A DNA stretch of 64,000 nt from Bythopirellula sp. GTDB lineage: Bacteria; Planctomycetota; Planctomycetia; Pirellulales; Lacipirellulaceae. Shown one piece after another: positions 31,578 through 41,706 of this stretch; position 1 is the stretch's first letter, and every line of letters starts with the position of its first letter. The position numbers were made by a program, and so were the translations under genes. The stretch is taken from assembly GCA_965216565.1 (NCBI GenBank), contig OZ244170.1, forward strand, positions 1-64,000. The letters run 5' to 3'. Below the pieces are notes generated by a model. The model searched no databases. It saw nothing but the letters and a program-made list of their open reading frames with translations, and was not told the DNA's origin.

Positions 31578-32108
31578 ATGGTACATACACTGATTGCGGT
31601 TTTGGTCACTTTTGGAGCTGTACAAGCCTCACCCGTTTCGATGGAAACCGGCGGGGCCAAGTGGCAGTCCAACTACACCAAAGCCCTGGCAGCAACTCGC
31701 AAGAACGAGCGACCCTTGCTCGTGGTGCTCGACAAGCCAAACCAGCCCAAGCAAGCCTTGAAAGAAGAGCAATTGGACGTCAAAGGCGAGCAAGGCGAAT
31801 TGCTCGAGTCATATCAACTCTGCCACATCGATGCCAGCACCAAGCACGGCAAGAAAGTGGCCAGCGCCTTCCACGCCACCGAATTCCCATTCACGGCGAT
31901 TATCGACAAGAAGGGTGAGTTCGTACTGACCAAGAAAACGGGTCAGCTCACGGGCAAGCAGTGGGAGAAGACGCTCACCAAGTTCCAAGATGGTAAGCAA
32001 GAGCCGCAGACGTATAGCTCGTTCTACCGCGGCGATGTCGACACCGGCATCTCCGTCGGCAACACCGGCTGCAAAGCCTGCCAGCAACGAGCGATGCAGC
32101 AATACTAG
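31578..32108 (+). CDS. Hypothetical secreted protein, thioredoxin-like fold suspected
   Basis: AAGGAG RBS, signal peptide, WQSNYTKAL...RPLLVV, FPFTAIID; C-terminal CKAC. Confidence 0.75.
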   Translation: MVHTLIAVLVTFGAVQASPVSMETGGAKWQSNYTKALAATRKNERPLLVVLDKPNQPKQALKEEQLDVKGEQGELLESYQLCHIDASTKHGKKVASAFHATEFPFTAIIDKKGEFVLTKKTGQLTGKQWEKTLTKFQDGKQEPQTYSSFYRGDVDTGISVGNTGCKACQQRAMQQY

Positions 32109-32136
32109 GCTGCACTACCTAGCTAGAATCTGAGAC

Positions 32137-32169
32137 AAGCCTCGGGGCCCTTCGCTCCGGGGCTTTTTT
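32137..32169 (+). terminator. Rho-independent terminator
   Basis: AAGCCTCGGGGC...GCTCCGGGGCTT stem plus T run. Confidence 0.7.
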
Positions 32170-32520
32170 CGTCGACACTTATTCGAACTGCTTGGCGTTG
32201 CGTGGCAACGCGGCTAGCTCCGAACCTTTCTCTGTCTAGCGCTTCCTAAGAAAACTAAACAGCCGCGATGCGATGCATCGCCGGGGACCCATCACCAGCC
32301 CCGAAAAGAACCGCCAAAACAGCATTAATCCCGCCCCCAGCACCCCCCGACCCCAATTGCCACCCCCCGGGCACTTTGCTACGATGAGGGGCTTTCCTTG
32401 AGGGCTGCGCAAAGAGCTATCGGCGTCGATGGCCGTGCCCCCAGGTTCACAACTTTTTTTAGGTGGTCTCCCCCTGCGGCGAGCCGTTTCGCCAGCCACC
32501 AGATTTGGTTCTTTCATCCT

Positions 32521-34446
32521 ATGGTTAACCGTAACTTAATCCGCGAATTTGACGTCTCTGAAGAAGATTGGGAAGCAGCAGTTGGCTCGCTCACCGAAGA
32601 AGATACCAGTTGGCTAGATAGCCAATACGTAGATGTCAACGAAATAGTCGAAGGCAAAATCATTCGCGTCGACGACGAAATGGTCTTGGTCGACGTTGGT
32701 TATAAAAGTGAAGGCACGATTCCCCTCAACGAGTGGGACGAAGACGAAGAGCAGCCCGAGGTGGGCCAAACGATTCGCGTGCTGATCGAAGATGTCGAAG
32801 ACACTCAAGGCCGACTCGATGATCGCGGAATGATCGTTCTTAGCAAACGCAAGGCTGAGAAGATCGAAAAGTGGATGAAGGTCATGGAGACCGTTCACGA
32901 GGGCGACGTCGTTTCCGGCGAAGTCACTCGCAAGATCAAGGGTGGATTGCTGGTCGACATTGGCGTCAACGTCTTCCTGCCAGCCAGCCAGGTCGATATC
33001 CGTCGGCCGCACGACATTGGCGAATACATCGGCAAAACCATCGAGTGCATGGTGCTGAAAATCGACGACGCCCGCCGCAACATTGTGGTCAGCCGTCGCA
33101 GCATGATCGAAGCCCAACGAGCTGAGCGCAAGAGCGAATTGCTCAAGGATCTGGAAGTGGGCCAACTTCGCAAGGGTGTCGTCAAGAATATCGCCGACTT
33201 CGGCGCGTTCGTCGACCTTGGCGGAATCGACGGCTTGCTGCATATCACCGATATGAGTTGGGGCCGTATCAACCATCCTTCGGAGATGGTGAAGATCGAT
33301 GACGAGCTGGAAGTGCAGATCCTGCACATCGACTACGAGAAAGAAAAGATTGCTCTGGGACTGAAGCAAAAGTCGAAGAGCCCATGGGAAAACGTGGCCG
33401 AGAAGTACCCGGTCAATTCCACTGTGAAGGGTACGGTTGTCAACGTGATGAGCTACGGTGCCTTTGTCAAACTGGAGGACGGCATCGAGGGTCTGGTCCA
33501 CATCAGCGAGATGTCTTGGACCAAGCGTATCAGCCATCCCAGCGAGCTTGTATCGATCGACGACGAGATCGACGTTGTCGTTCTGCGGATCGACGAGCAG
33601 AAGCAGGAAGTCTCGCTCGGCATGAAGCAAGCCCAAGACAATCCTTGGGAAAAAGTTGCCGATCGCTATCCGCTTGAGAGCCTGGTCAAAGGTAAGGTTC
33701 GCAACCTTACCAATTACGGGGCGTTTATCGAGATCGAAGAAGGAATTGATGGCCTGCTCCATGTGAGCGACATGTCGTGGACTCGCAAAATCAGCCACCC
33801 CAGCGAAGTGGTCGAGAAGAGCCAGGAGATCGAGTGCAAGGTGCTCTCGGTCGATCAGGAACGTCGCCGCATCGCCTTGGGTCTCAAGCAGATGGACGAA
33901 GATCCCTGGGCCACAGACATCCCCAATCGCTACCAACAGGGTCAGCTTGTCGCAGGCAAAGTCACCAAGATCACCAACTTTGGCGTGTTCGTGGGACTAG
34001 AAGACGGATTGGAAGGCCTCCTGCATATTTCAGAGTTGGCCGACCACAAGGTCGAGAATCCACAGGACGTTGTCAACGTAGGCGACGACATCGAAGTGAA
34101 GATCCTTCGCGTCGATTCCGAGGAACGCAAAATTGGTCTCTCGCGTAAGCGAGTCGAATGGGCCGAGGAAGACGAAGCGGCTGCTGCCGAAGCGGAAGCA
34201 GCCGAGTCGGCGTCCCGCACCGATTCTGGCGACCTGAAGGGTGGTATTGGCTCGGACAGCGGTCCGTTGTTCAAGAGTGCAGCCACCGAAGCACCCACCG
34301 AGGAAGCAACCGAGAAAGCAACTGAGGCCCCTGCCGAAGAAGCCAACTCGGAAGCGGAGCCAGAACAGGCCGAACAATCCGAAGACTCGGCAGAGGCCGC
34401 ACCTGAGGAATCAGCTGAGGCCGAAACGGAAGAGAAAGACGCCTAG
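32521..34446 (+). CDS. rpsA: 30S ribosomal protein S1
   Basis: Six S1 repeats (GAFVDLGGIDGLLHITDMSW etc.), acidic Ala/Glu tail; ATG 32521. Confidence 0.97.
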   Translation: MVNRNLIREFDVSEEDWEAAVGSLTEEDTSWLDSQYVDVNEIVEGKIIRVDDEMVLVDVGYKSEGTIPLNEWDEDEEQPEVGQTIRVLIEDVEDTQGRLDDRGMIVLSKRKAEKIEKWMKVMETVHEGDVVSGEVTRKIKGGLLVDIGVNVFLPASQVDIRRPHDIGEYIGKTIECMVLKIDDARRNIVVSRRSMIEAQRAERKSELLKDLEVGQLRKGVVKNIADFGAFVDLGGIDGLLHITDMSWGRINHPSEMVKIDDELEVQILHIDYEKEKIALGLKQKSKSPWENVAEKYPVNSTVKGTVVNVMSYGAFVKLEDGIEGLVHISEMSWTKRISHPSELVSIDDEIDVVVLRIDEQKQEVSLGMKQAQDNPWEKVADRYPLESLVKGKVRNLTNYGAFIEIEEGIDGLLHVSDMSWTRKISHPSEVVEKSQEIECKVLSVDQERRRIALGLKQMDEDPWATDIPNRYQQGQLVAGKVTKITNFGVFVGLEDGLEGLLHISELADHKVENPQDVVNVGDDIEVKILRVDSEERKIGLSRKRVEWAEEDEAAAAEAEAAESASRTDSGDLKGGIGSDSGPLFKSAATEAPTEEATEKATEAPAEEANSEAEPEQAEQSEDSAEAAPEESAEAETEEKDA

Positions 34447-34475
34447 GCTTCACATCAAGAGAATGAAACACTCCT

Positions 34476-34509
34476 AAGGGGTGGGTGCCCAGCGCCCACC
34501 TCTTTTTTT
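34476..34509 (+). terminator. Rho-independent terminator after rpsA
   Basis: AAGGGGTGGGTGC-CCA-GCGCCCACCTCTT then T run. Confidence 0.8.
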
Positions 34510-34522
34510 ATTGCAATTTTCC

Positions 34523-34609
34523 GTAGGGTGGCGCCGCTAGGCCCACCGACAGTGAAGGTGCTGAATCGACCCTTTCGGTGTGCCGTCGCGTTGCTTTGGC
34601 ACACCCTAC
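34523..34609. repeat. GTAG-type REP heterodimer (family D)
   Basis: GTAGGGTGGCGCCGCTAGGCCCACCG ... CGGTGTGCC...GGCACACCCTAC. Confidence 0.85.
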
Positions 34610-34902
34610 GCCCCATTTGCCAGGCGAATCTCGCGATCGTTTGAACGATTGCCCCTTCGATCGCTACTTCCCGCGCTTCGCGCACATTCGTCTCACGGCG
34701 TTACATTTTGCCTGCCCTGCAGGGTTTGCTAGCGGGCCGTCGATAGTCTTTTTAACGGGACATGCGAGTGCTAAGGGTCTAGCCGAGCATTTCTTCAGAA
34801 ACGAAAAACAACCCGAAGTCAGGCATGGATTGCCGGTCGTCGGCGCTCACCAGCGCAATAGCACGACACTTCCGCCCAGCAATACGATCGGCAAGAACAA
34901 CC

Positions 34903-35760
34903 ATGGCTACGACAACCAAGAAGCGGAAATCCGGTTCCGCGGTACAAACACCGCTTGAGACCTACCTCCGTGAGATCAACGAAACCGCACTCTTAAACGC
35001 GGACGAAGAGCGTGAACTAGCGGTTCGAATTGGAAATGGCGACTTAGCCGCTCGCGATCGGATGGTCCGCGCCAATCTGCGCTTGGTGGTAAACATTGCC
35101 CGCGGCTATTCCGGCAAAGGTTTGAGCCTGCAGGACCTGATTGAAGAGGGAAATCTAGGTCTTTTGCGTGCCGTCGAAGGCTTCGATCCCGGCGTGGGCA
35201 CCCGGTTCAGTACCTATGCGAGTTACTGGATCAAACAATCGATCAAGCGGGCACTCATCAACACCGGCAAAACAATCCGCATCCCCGCCTACATGGTCGA
35301 GTTGCTTTCCAAGTGGCGTCGTGCCACCTCGCGATTAACCGAAGAGCTGGATCGCACCCCGACGCCCGAAGAGATCGCCCGCGTACTGGGTCTGCCCAAG
35401 AAGAAGCTACCGATCATCAAAAAGGCGATCAAAATCTACAACGCCACGCCGCAGACTGACCAAACCGAAGCCGGTTGGACGCTGGGCGACATGGTGATGG
35501 ACGAACGTCAGCAAAGCCCCGACGACGCCCTGGTCGAGAGCGACAGCCTCAAGCATGTCATGAACATGCTCCACACGATGGACGAGCGCGAAGCGACTGT
35601 GCTGAAAATGCGGTTTGGACTGGATAATCAACAACCGCGGACCCTCAAAGAAATCGGCGAAACTTTGGGCCTCACCCGCGAGCGCGTCCGCCAAATCGAG
35701 ACCGAAGCGCTCAATAAAATGGCCGAAAGCATGGAAGATCCCCGCGATCGGCTCATGTAA
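34903..35760 (+). CDS. Sigma-70 family RNA polymerase sigma factor (RpoD/RpoS-like, lacks region 1.1)
   Basis: YLREI, ANLRLVVNIA, DLIEEGNLGL, RFSTYASYWI, TLKEIG..LGLTRERVRQIE. Confidence 0.95.
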   Translation: MATTTKKRKSGSAVQTPLETYLREINETALLNADEERELAVRIGNGDLAARDRMVRANLRLVVNIARGYSGKGLSLQDLIEEGNLGLLRAVEGFDPGVGTRFSTYASYWIKQSIKRALINTGKTIRIPAYMVELLSKWRRATSRLTEELDRTPTPEEIARVLGLPKKKLPIIKKAIKIYNATPQTDQTEAGWTLGDMVMDERQQSPDDALVESDSLKHVMNMLHTMDEREATVLKMRFGLDNQQPRTLKEIGETLGLTRERVRQIETEALNKMAESMEDPRDRLM

Positions 35761-35824
35761 TGTTTGAAGTGAGAATTCTGATGTTTGAAGTTTGAAGTAT
35801 CTACTTCAATACTCAAACTCTTAC

Positions 35825-35848
35825 GTAGCTGGATTCGCAAGAATTCAG
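35825..35848. repeat. Single family E REP arm within heptamer-repeat DNA
   Basis: GTAGCTGGATTCGCAAGAATTCAG identical to 15709-15732. Confidence 0.85.
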
Positions 35849-36022
35849 AGTCTCTCACTTGCGCAGCGAGCCGTGGCGTCCCCGCTCACGGCAATTCCAA
35901 ACCCTTTTCTAGTGGATTCTCCGCACTCTATCTGCCTAGGATAGAAGTAGGAACTCTCAAGTGTGGAGTGTGAATGATCGACTTCAACACTCAAACTTCC
36001 TACTTCAAAATTCTGAGCAGCT

Positions 36023-36352
36023 ATGCGACATCTTTTAATAACAATTTGCTTAGTGCTTTGCCTATCCGGTAATTTGGCACTAGCGGGCGAAGGCGGCCCC
36101 ACCTACCAGCGCAACCGATCTCACGGAAATCGCGGCTTTCATGGCGGCGGATTCTATGGCCAACCCAACTTTGGTTACGGGGGCTACGGCGGATTCTTTG
36201 CACCGCCGATCGTAGTCGGCAGCTATTACCAACGACCCTATCCCTCGCACTTCGACTACTTCCGCCTCAGGCAGCGCAACTTCGACGCCGCACCGCACGC
36301 TGGCTGTCCGACTTGCGGAGCGGCGGAAGTTCCCGTCGAGGTGAATCCGTAG
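36023..36352 (+). CDS. Hypothetical small secreted Gly/Tyr/Phe-rich protein
   Basis: Signal-peptide-like N-terminus, GFHGGGFYG/GYGGYGG, YQRPYP, C-terminal CPTC. Confidence 0.7.
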   Translation: MRHLLITICLVLCLSGNLALAGEGGPTYQRNRSHGNRGFHGGGFYGQPNFGYGGYGGFFAPPIVVGSYYQRPYPSHFDYFRLRQRNFDAAPHAGCPTCGAAEVPVEVNP

Positions 36353-36508
36353 TAAAGAAACTTCTTGGATTCGTGCAAGAACGCACTCTGGGGAGATTCG
36401 GCTTAAAGAAGTAAGTTTCCACCTCGAAGAGTCTTACCGAGTGTGGAAACCGTCTGCACCGCAGGCTCAGGAATGAATCGAAATTGCCTTAGCGTTTCAC
36501 GGCGGTGA

Positions 36509-36706
36509 ATTCCCCAACGGGGATAGAGACCGTAGCCCAGGGTTGCGGCGCAGCCGCTACCCTGGGTTGAAGAAGCATCATTCCTACCCTGAAAGGGTTG
36601 TACACAGAGTGCAACCCTTACAGGGTAAGTGTTTTTGCACACCAACACCCAGGGTAGATCGTTTCACGATCAACCCTGGGCTAATGAGTACAACGCCTTC
36701 GGCGTA
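36509..36706. mobile_element. About 200-bp multi-hairpin MITE-like element (family C)
   Basis: CCCC(N)GGGG end, AGCCCAGGGTTG-hairpin-TACCCTGGG, TACCCTGAAAGGGTTG, mirrored on the right; second copy at 44957-45122. Confidence 0.75.
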
Positions 36707-36842
36707 ACATGGGGTTGAACAATTCAAAAGCAGCCTCAACTTCATCGGCTTGGGCAGGCTAGAGACGGGCTTAAGATCAACCAGAAGTTTACATCGATTC
36801 GGCTGATTCTCGTTCTGAGATTCCAGCGGAGAGGTGAACCAC

Positions 36843-38345
36843 CTACGCCGTTTTTGTCCTCGTCATCCAAGTCGCGACCACCCCCGCCAGCAAACTCGCC
36901 GCGAACGAGGGCGCCAATTCCTCCAGTTTGGCAAACTCCACACCAAACTCTCCCAGTTGCGGCACGACGAATTTGAAGAACGGCACGCCCAGCATGCCCA
37001 CCACCAGCGACGCCATCGCACCGGCCACGTTGTAGCGAGGCCATAGCAGACAGAGGATCATCATCGGGCAGAACGTGGCGGTGATGCCCGACCAGCCGAA
37101 AATCACGTACCAAAACACCGTGCGATCGGGCGAAGCAACCGCCACCGTCAGGGCAATCACCAGAGCCACGCCGGCCAGGGCGACGGTCACCCAGCGGGAC
37201 AATCGTGTCAGCCGCTCCTCACTCAGCGTGGGACGATAGGTCTGCTGATACAAATCACGGGTGAGCGAACTGGCCGCCACAATCAACAGCGAATCGATCG
37301 TCGACATAATTGCCGCCAACACCGCAGCGATGTAGATGCCGACGATAAACGCAGGAAACACCTCCGCCACCAATTGTGGCAACACGTCTTCGCCCCCGGG
37401 GCCCAGCACCTTGGCCAGCGGAGTTTCTCTTGGCACCAATAGGCTACGTCCCACCATTCCCGCTGCCACAGCCGATACGTCGGTCAGCAAAGTGAACAAG
37501 ATCGCAACCCACCGACCCGCGGCAATCTCGTTTTCGTCTCGCAATGAAATGAAACGCACAAAGATCTGTGGCGAACCCAAAAAGCCCAAGCCGATGGCCA
37601 CATAGCTGACGATCACCAACACGTTGGAAAGCGACCATCCCCCCGCGCCCGCCCAACTGAGCAGGGCCGCATCTTGCAAGCGCAACGCCTCGGCCAGGGA
37701 CGTATCCCCCGGCAAAGCCATCCACCCGGCAATCGGCAACGCCACCAAACCCAACAACATCAGCGAGCCCTGGAACACATCCGACCAGGCTACCGCCGTG
37801 AACCCTCCCGTCGTTGTGTAGGCCACGACGATGGCAAAGCCGACGAGCGCTCCCACGAAGTAGTTCCAATCGAGAAAGGTGGCGAACGCCTTGCCGGTGG
37901 CGTCGATTTGAGCGCTGACGTAGATCGTCACAAACAGACTCAAGGCAATCGCGGCCGTGATTCTCAATCGCACCACCGCTGCCCGGGCACCCTCGCTTCC
38001 GGAGAATCGGCTGCCCAGGTAATCGATCACCGTAATCGATTCGTAGCGATCGGTCGCCGCCTTGAACGGTCGGGCCAGCACGAACCAGGCGAGGCCCACA
38101 CCCAGCAACTCACCCACCACCACCCACATGGCCCGCAACCCCACCGCGGCACCCAACCCGGTGAGCCCCAATAGCAGCCACGCCGATTCCCCCGTCGCCC
38201 GCGAAGAGAACGCCACAACCCAATAGTTGAGCCGCTTACCGCTGACGAAATAATCGCTAATGCTGTGAACACGTCGGGCAGCCACGATCCCGATGACGAC
38301 CAGTATTCCGAAATAGACCAGGATCGTCGCGTAGCGGATAAGCAT
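36843..38345 (-). CDS. putP: Sodium/proline symporter (SSS family)
   Basis: SSRATGESAWLLLGL, GGFTAVAWSDVFQG, LGFLGSPQIFVRF, AAIMSTIDS. Confidence 0.85.
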   Translation of the reverse strand: MLIRYATILVYFGILVVIGIVAARRVHSISDYFVSGKRLNYWVVAFSSRATGESAWLLLGLTGLGAAVGLRAMWVVVGELLGVGLAWFVLARPFKAATDRYESITVIDYLGSRFSGSEGARAAVVRLRITAAIALSLFVTIYVSAQIDATGKAFATFLDWNYFVGALVGFAIVVAYTTTGGFTAVAWSDVFQGSLMLLGLVALPIAGWMALPGDTSLAEALRLQDAALLSWAGAGGWSLSNVLVIVSYVAIGLGFLGSPQIFVRFISLRDENEIAAGRWVAILFTLLTDVSAVAAGMVGRSLLVPRETPLAKVLGPGGEDVLPQLVAEVFPAFIVGIYIAAVLAAIMSTIDSLLIVAASSLTRDLYQQTYRPTLSEERLTRLSRWVTVALAGVALVIALTVAVASPDRTVFWYVIFGWSGITATFCPMMILCLLWPRYNVAGAMASLVVGMLGVPFFKFVVPQLGEFGVEFAKLEELAPSFAASLLAGVVATWMTRTKTA

Positions 38346-38424
38346 AGAGGCTCGTTGGGTGTTCGACCGCAGGAAGCTCCCGACCATCTTAGGCAGAAGG
38401 TAACCCAGCGCCTACGCGAATCGA

Positions 38425-41220
38425 TTACCTGCGTCGCCACCTACCCGCATAACTAGATACAGCAATGAATAGCAACATCGAACTCGGCTCGGGAACTGCA
38501 GCCGCCGTGGCGGTCCCTGCCATCGTGCCGTAGTTGTTCTCCCAGTCGCTAAGCAGACCAACAGTTGGATCTTGTTGCCAGAGCAAGAAATCGAGACCAT
38601 CAACATCGCCATCTACGTCAAAATCGCCGGCTAGCGCGACCAGCAGCGAAACACCGTCTGATTGGTAGTCTAACACCCACTGCAATCCTCCCGTTAGTGA
38701 TGGCAACTGCAGATCGTCAAATTTGCCTTGGAGATCATTGGCGGCGAGAATGTCGAACTGGTCACCCACCTCGGGCATGTATCCATTAATCAAATTTACA
38801 TCGAGCGTTCCGCCTAGCGACAGGACGTCCGCGACGGCCAATTGATCATGTTCGCTACCGGGCAATAGCCCGCCGATCTCAACTTCCAGGCTAGCCCCTG
38901 ATCCGAAAAACAGGTCTCCCGCAAAGGGGACAGCGGCCGGACTCGAGCCAGGAAAATATCCGCCCTCCATCTGAACCAGACCGGTGCCGGTGAAGGGGCC
39001 GGGGCCAATGACATCGCCAAAGAAAACCGTGGTGCTGTTGCCGCTAGTGCGAATTTCATCGCCATCGTGAGCCACATCGTCGTAGAAAGTCGCAGTGCCG
39101 GCTCCGCTGACGAGAATCTCGCCGACCCCGCCAGACATGGTGACCACGCCAAACACGTCTGTTAATCCAGCTGAAAACAATACTTGTCCGGCATTCGTCA
39201 AACCACCAGTATACAATGCCCCGCGACCAACAATCTCGCCACTTGGTCCATTGCTGAGAGTCGAATTCACTTCCAGCGTTCCTCCTTGCAGCACTATTCG
39301 CCCCTCATTGGCGGCTGAGACGCTTGCAAGTGTCAGTGTATGACCAGCAGTGGCGCGCAGTTCGCCTGCCAGATCCTTAACATCTCCTTCAAGGCGTCCA
39401 TCTCCACGCACAATTCCACCTGCAGGGACTGAAATGCCATTGAGTGCCGAGATAACCGCGCCCCCGGTGAGGCTTAATGTACTAGTCCCCGCGCCACCGC
39501 CGATGGAGAGTTCATTGACGTTACGAACCGATGCCGCACCGGTGGCAGTAACTGTTGCCGATGTTTCGAGGTACACCTGCATCACCTGATCGGGCAGGAC
39601 GCCTTGGTTCCAGGTGCTGGCGGAATCCCAGTCGCCGCCGCCCGTCTGAGCATGTTCGCGAATAATTCGGACATAGATTTCGTTCACACCATCCGTATCT
39701 TGATCGGCATAGTAAAGAACTTTCCGGCCATCGGGGCTGATCTCAAAATCGGAAACACTCCCCCCGGCAACTAGCGAACCGTTGATTTTCACCGGCGTTC
39801 CCCCTTCGCTGGGCACAATATAGAGTTCGTTCGCCCCATCCGTTTCTTGGTCGGCATAGTAAACCACGCGGCTGGAATCGGGATTGTGTTCAAAGAAGGT
39901 AACGTTCCCGCCTGCGGTCAGAGAGGCGTTCAGTTTGGTGGGCACACCGCCCGCCGTGGGAACGCTATAGAGTTCAAACGTCCCGTCCGTTTCCTGGTCG
40001 GCTCGGTAAGTAACTCGACTGGAATCGGGAGAAAATTGTATTGACGATACGTTGCCACCGGAAACGAGTGGGCCATTGAGCTTAACCTGCGTCCCTCCCG
40101 CGATCGGCACACTATAGAGCTCCAAGTTGTTTAGAGTTCCATCATCGATGTAATACACCACCCGACTACTATCGGGAGAAATCTGAGGATTATAGACATC
40201 GCCACCACCTAGTGAACCGTTAAGTTTGAGAGGCGTCCCTCCAGCAAGTGGAACGCTGTAGAGTTCGGAGACATCGTTTGTATCTTGATCCCCGTAATAA
40301 ACAACGCGACTGGAATCGGCACTTATCAGAAAGGAAGAAATATCACCGCCGATGGCAGGCGTCGTGTTGAGCTTGACCGGAACACCCCCAGTCACAGGAA
40401 CGCTGTAGATTTCGGTGACGTTGTCCGAATCCTGATCGGCCCTGTAAACCACGCGGCTAGAGTCTGAACTTAACAGGCTGAAGTTGACATCGCCTCCCGG
40501 CGTAATTGCTCCATTGAGCTTGACGGGCGTTCCGCCAGTGAGAGGAACGCTATAGATTTCGTCCTGGTCGTTTACATCTTGGTCGGCATGGTAAATGACA
40601 TAGCTAGAATCGGGTGTTATTAGTAGCCGATCTTCATCGACCGCGCCGCCGGCGACAAGCGTGTCGTTGAGCTTGATAGGCGTACCGCCGCTAGCGGGAA
40701 CGCTGTAGAGATTGTAGACAAACGATGCATTGGGATCGCCAAGATAGATAACCTGACTCGAGTCAGGGCTAAAATGTATCCCATCCGTGAGTACCCCTGC
40801 AAACATCCCTGATACATTGCTGAGATTGACCGGAGTCCCTCCCGTGGTTGGTACCGTGAAGAGGTCGAATTCAAACTGTTCGTTCTGACTGGCTACATAA
40901 GAAACTCGTGAGGAATCGGGACTATACACATAAGTACGTTCAGCGACGCTACTGTTCGCTACCAGGGGCCCGTTGAGTTTAGTGGGCGTTCCTCCACCGG
41001 AGGGCACGCTATACAGTTCATATACAGAGGGCGTATCTTGATCGACCCGATAGATTACGTTTGCCGAGTCGGGGCTGAACCAGTTGGGGACCGTAACGTC
41101 AAAGAATGAACCAGGGGCGAGCGGGCCATTGAGCTTAATCGGGTCGGCCCCTTGCGATTGCTTCGCGACCAAGACCGATAAACAAAGCAGGACAACAAGT
41201 CTCAATCCGCAGCGAAGCAT
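38425..41220 (-). CDS. Secreted repeat protein: ten about 49-aa beta-propeller-like repeats, beta-strand passenger-like region, dockerin-like motif, PEP-CTERM
   Basis: Repeat PxKLNG.L..GG.V....SPDSSRVVY.ADQ.TD...ELYSVP..GG; GDFDVDGDVDGLDFLLWQ; VPEPSS + hydrophobic + RWRRR. Confidence 0.88.
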   Translation of the reverse strand: MLRCGLRLVVLLCLSVLVAKQSQGADPIKLNGPLAPGSFFDVTVPNWFSPDSANVIYRVDQDTPSVYELYSVPSGGGTPTKLNGPLVANSSVAERTYVYSPDSSRVSYVASQNEQFEFDLFTVPTTGGTPVNLSNVSGMFAGVLTDGIHFSPDSSQVIYLGDPNASFVYNLYSVPASGGTPIKLNDTLVAGGAVDEDRLLITPDSSYVIYHADQDVNDQDEIYSVPLTGGTPVKLNGAITPGGDVNFSLLSSDSSRVVYRADQDSDNVTEIYSVPVTGGVPVKLNTTPAIGGDISSFLISADSSRVVYYGDQDTNDVSELYSVPLAGGTPLKLNGSLGGGDVYNPQISPDSSRVVYYIDDGTLNNLELYSVPIAGGTQVKLNGPLVSGGNVSSIQFSPDSSRVTYRADQETDGTFELYSVPTAGGVPTKLNASLTAGGNVTFFEHNPDSSRVVYYADQETDGANELYIVPSEGGTPVKINGSLVAGGSVSDFEISPDGRKVLYYADQDTDGVNEIYVRIIREHAQTGGGDWDSASTWNQGVLPDQVMQVYLETSATVTATGAASVRNVNELSIGGGAGTSTLSLTGGAVISALNGISVPAGGIVRGDGRLEGDVKDLAGELRATAGHTLTLASVSAANEGRIVLQGGTLEVNSTLSNGPSGEIVGRGALYTGGLTNAGQVLFSAGLTDVFGVVTMSGGVGEILVSGAGTATFYDDVAHDGDEIRTSGNSTTVFFGDVIGPGPFTGTGLVQMEGGYFPGSSPAAVPFAGDLFFGSGASLEVEIGGLLPGSEHDQLAVADVLSLGGTLDVNLINGYMPEVGDQFDILAANDLQGKFDDLQLPSLTGGLQWVLDYQSDGVSLLVALAGDFDVDGDVDGLDFLLWQQDPTVGLLSDWENNYGTMAGTATAAAVPEPSSMLLFIAVSSYAGRWRRR

Positions 41221-41706
41221 CGCACACCTTCCCTTTCCGCATATTTGGGTTGGTCGTTTGGCAGAAGATGCTGCTGATTATAACAATCTCCAGTACCGTG
41301 AAGGACAATGTTTTTTCTCGGGACTCCCCTGATTCGTACCCTTCCCAATAGAAGCGGGGATGTTCTAATTTTCCCGCCGAAGCTGTCTCCGATAGTTCTG
41401 CTCGCCTTGGCAAGATTTCACTAGGCAGAACATCTCCAGTTCCTCACAGAAAACCTAGAGCCATCCCTTCGTTTCGGTCAGCCCGTCGAGGAGAATCAAA
41501 GGGCGAGAACAAAGCGATCAATCACATTCCCACCCAGTTGTCCCGCACCAACGCTTGCGGTTTCGCGCCCGCCACCGAAACCTGAGCAACACGCAGCGCG
41601 TCCTCAGACTTCAGAAAAAAACGCTTTCGGGGTTTCGATAATTACACAAGATGTTGTGTGACAGATTTCGGGCGACACAACCGGTTCCAAGCCCCTCTAC
41701 AGAGGC

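Noticed and set aside
32614..33936. 440-aa antisense ORF opposite rpsA
   Set aside because: Shadow ORF from codon bias of a highly expressed gene; no recognisable motifs.
36659..36674. GTTTCACGATCAAC resembling parS
   Set aside because: Half-match only, and part of a family C hairpin.
41420..41700. Possible structured RNA between bamA and the PEP-CTERM gene
   Set aside because: Short hairpins only; no family I can recognise.
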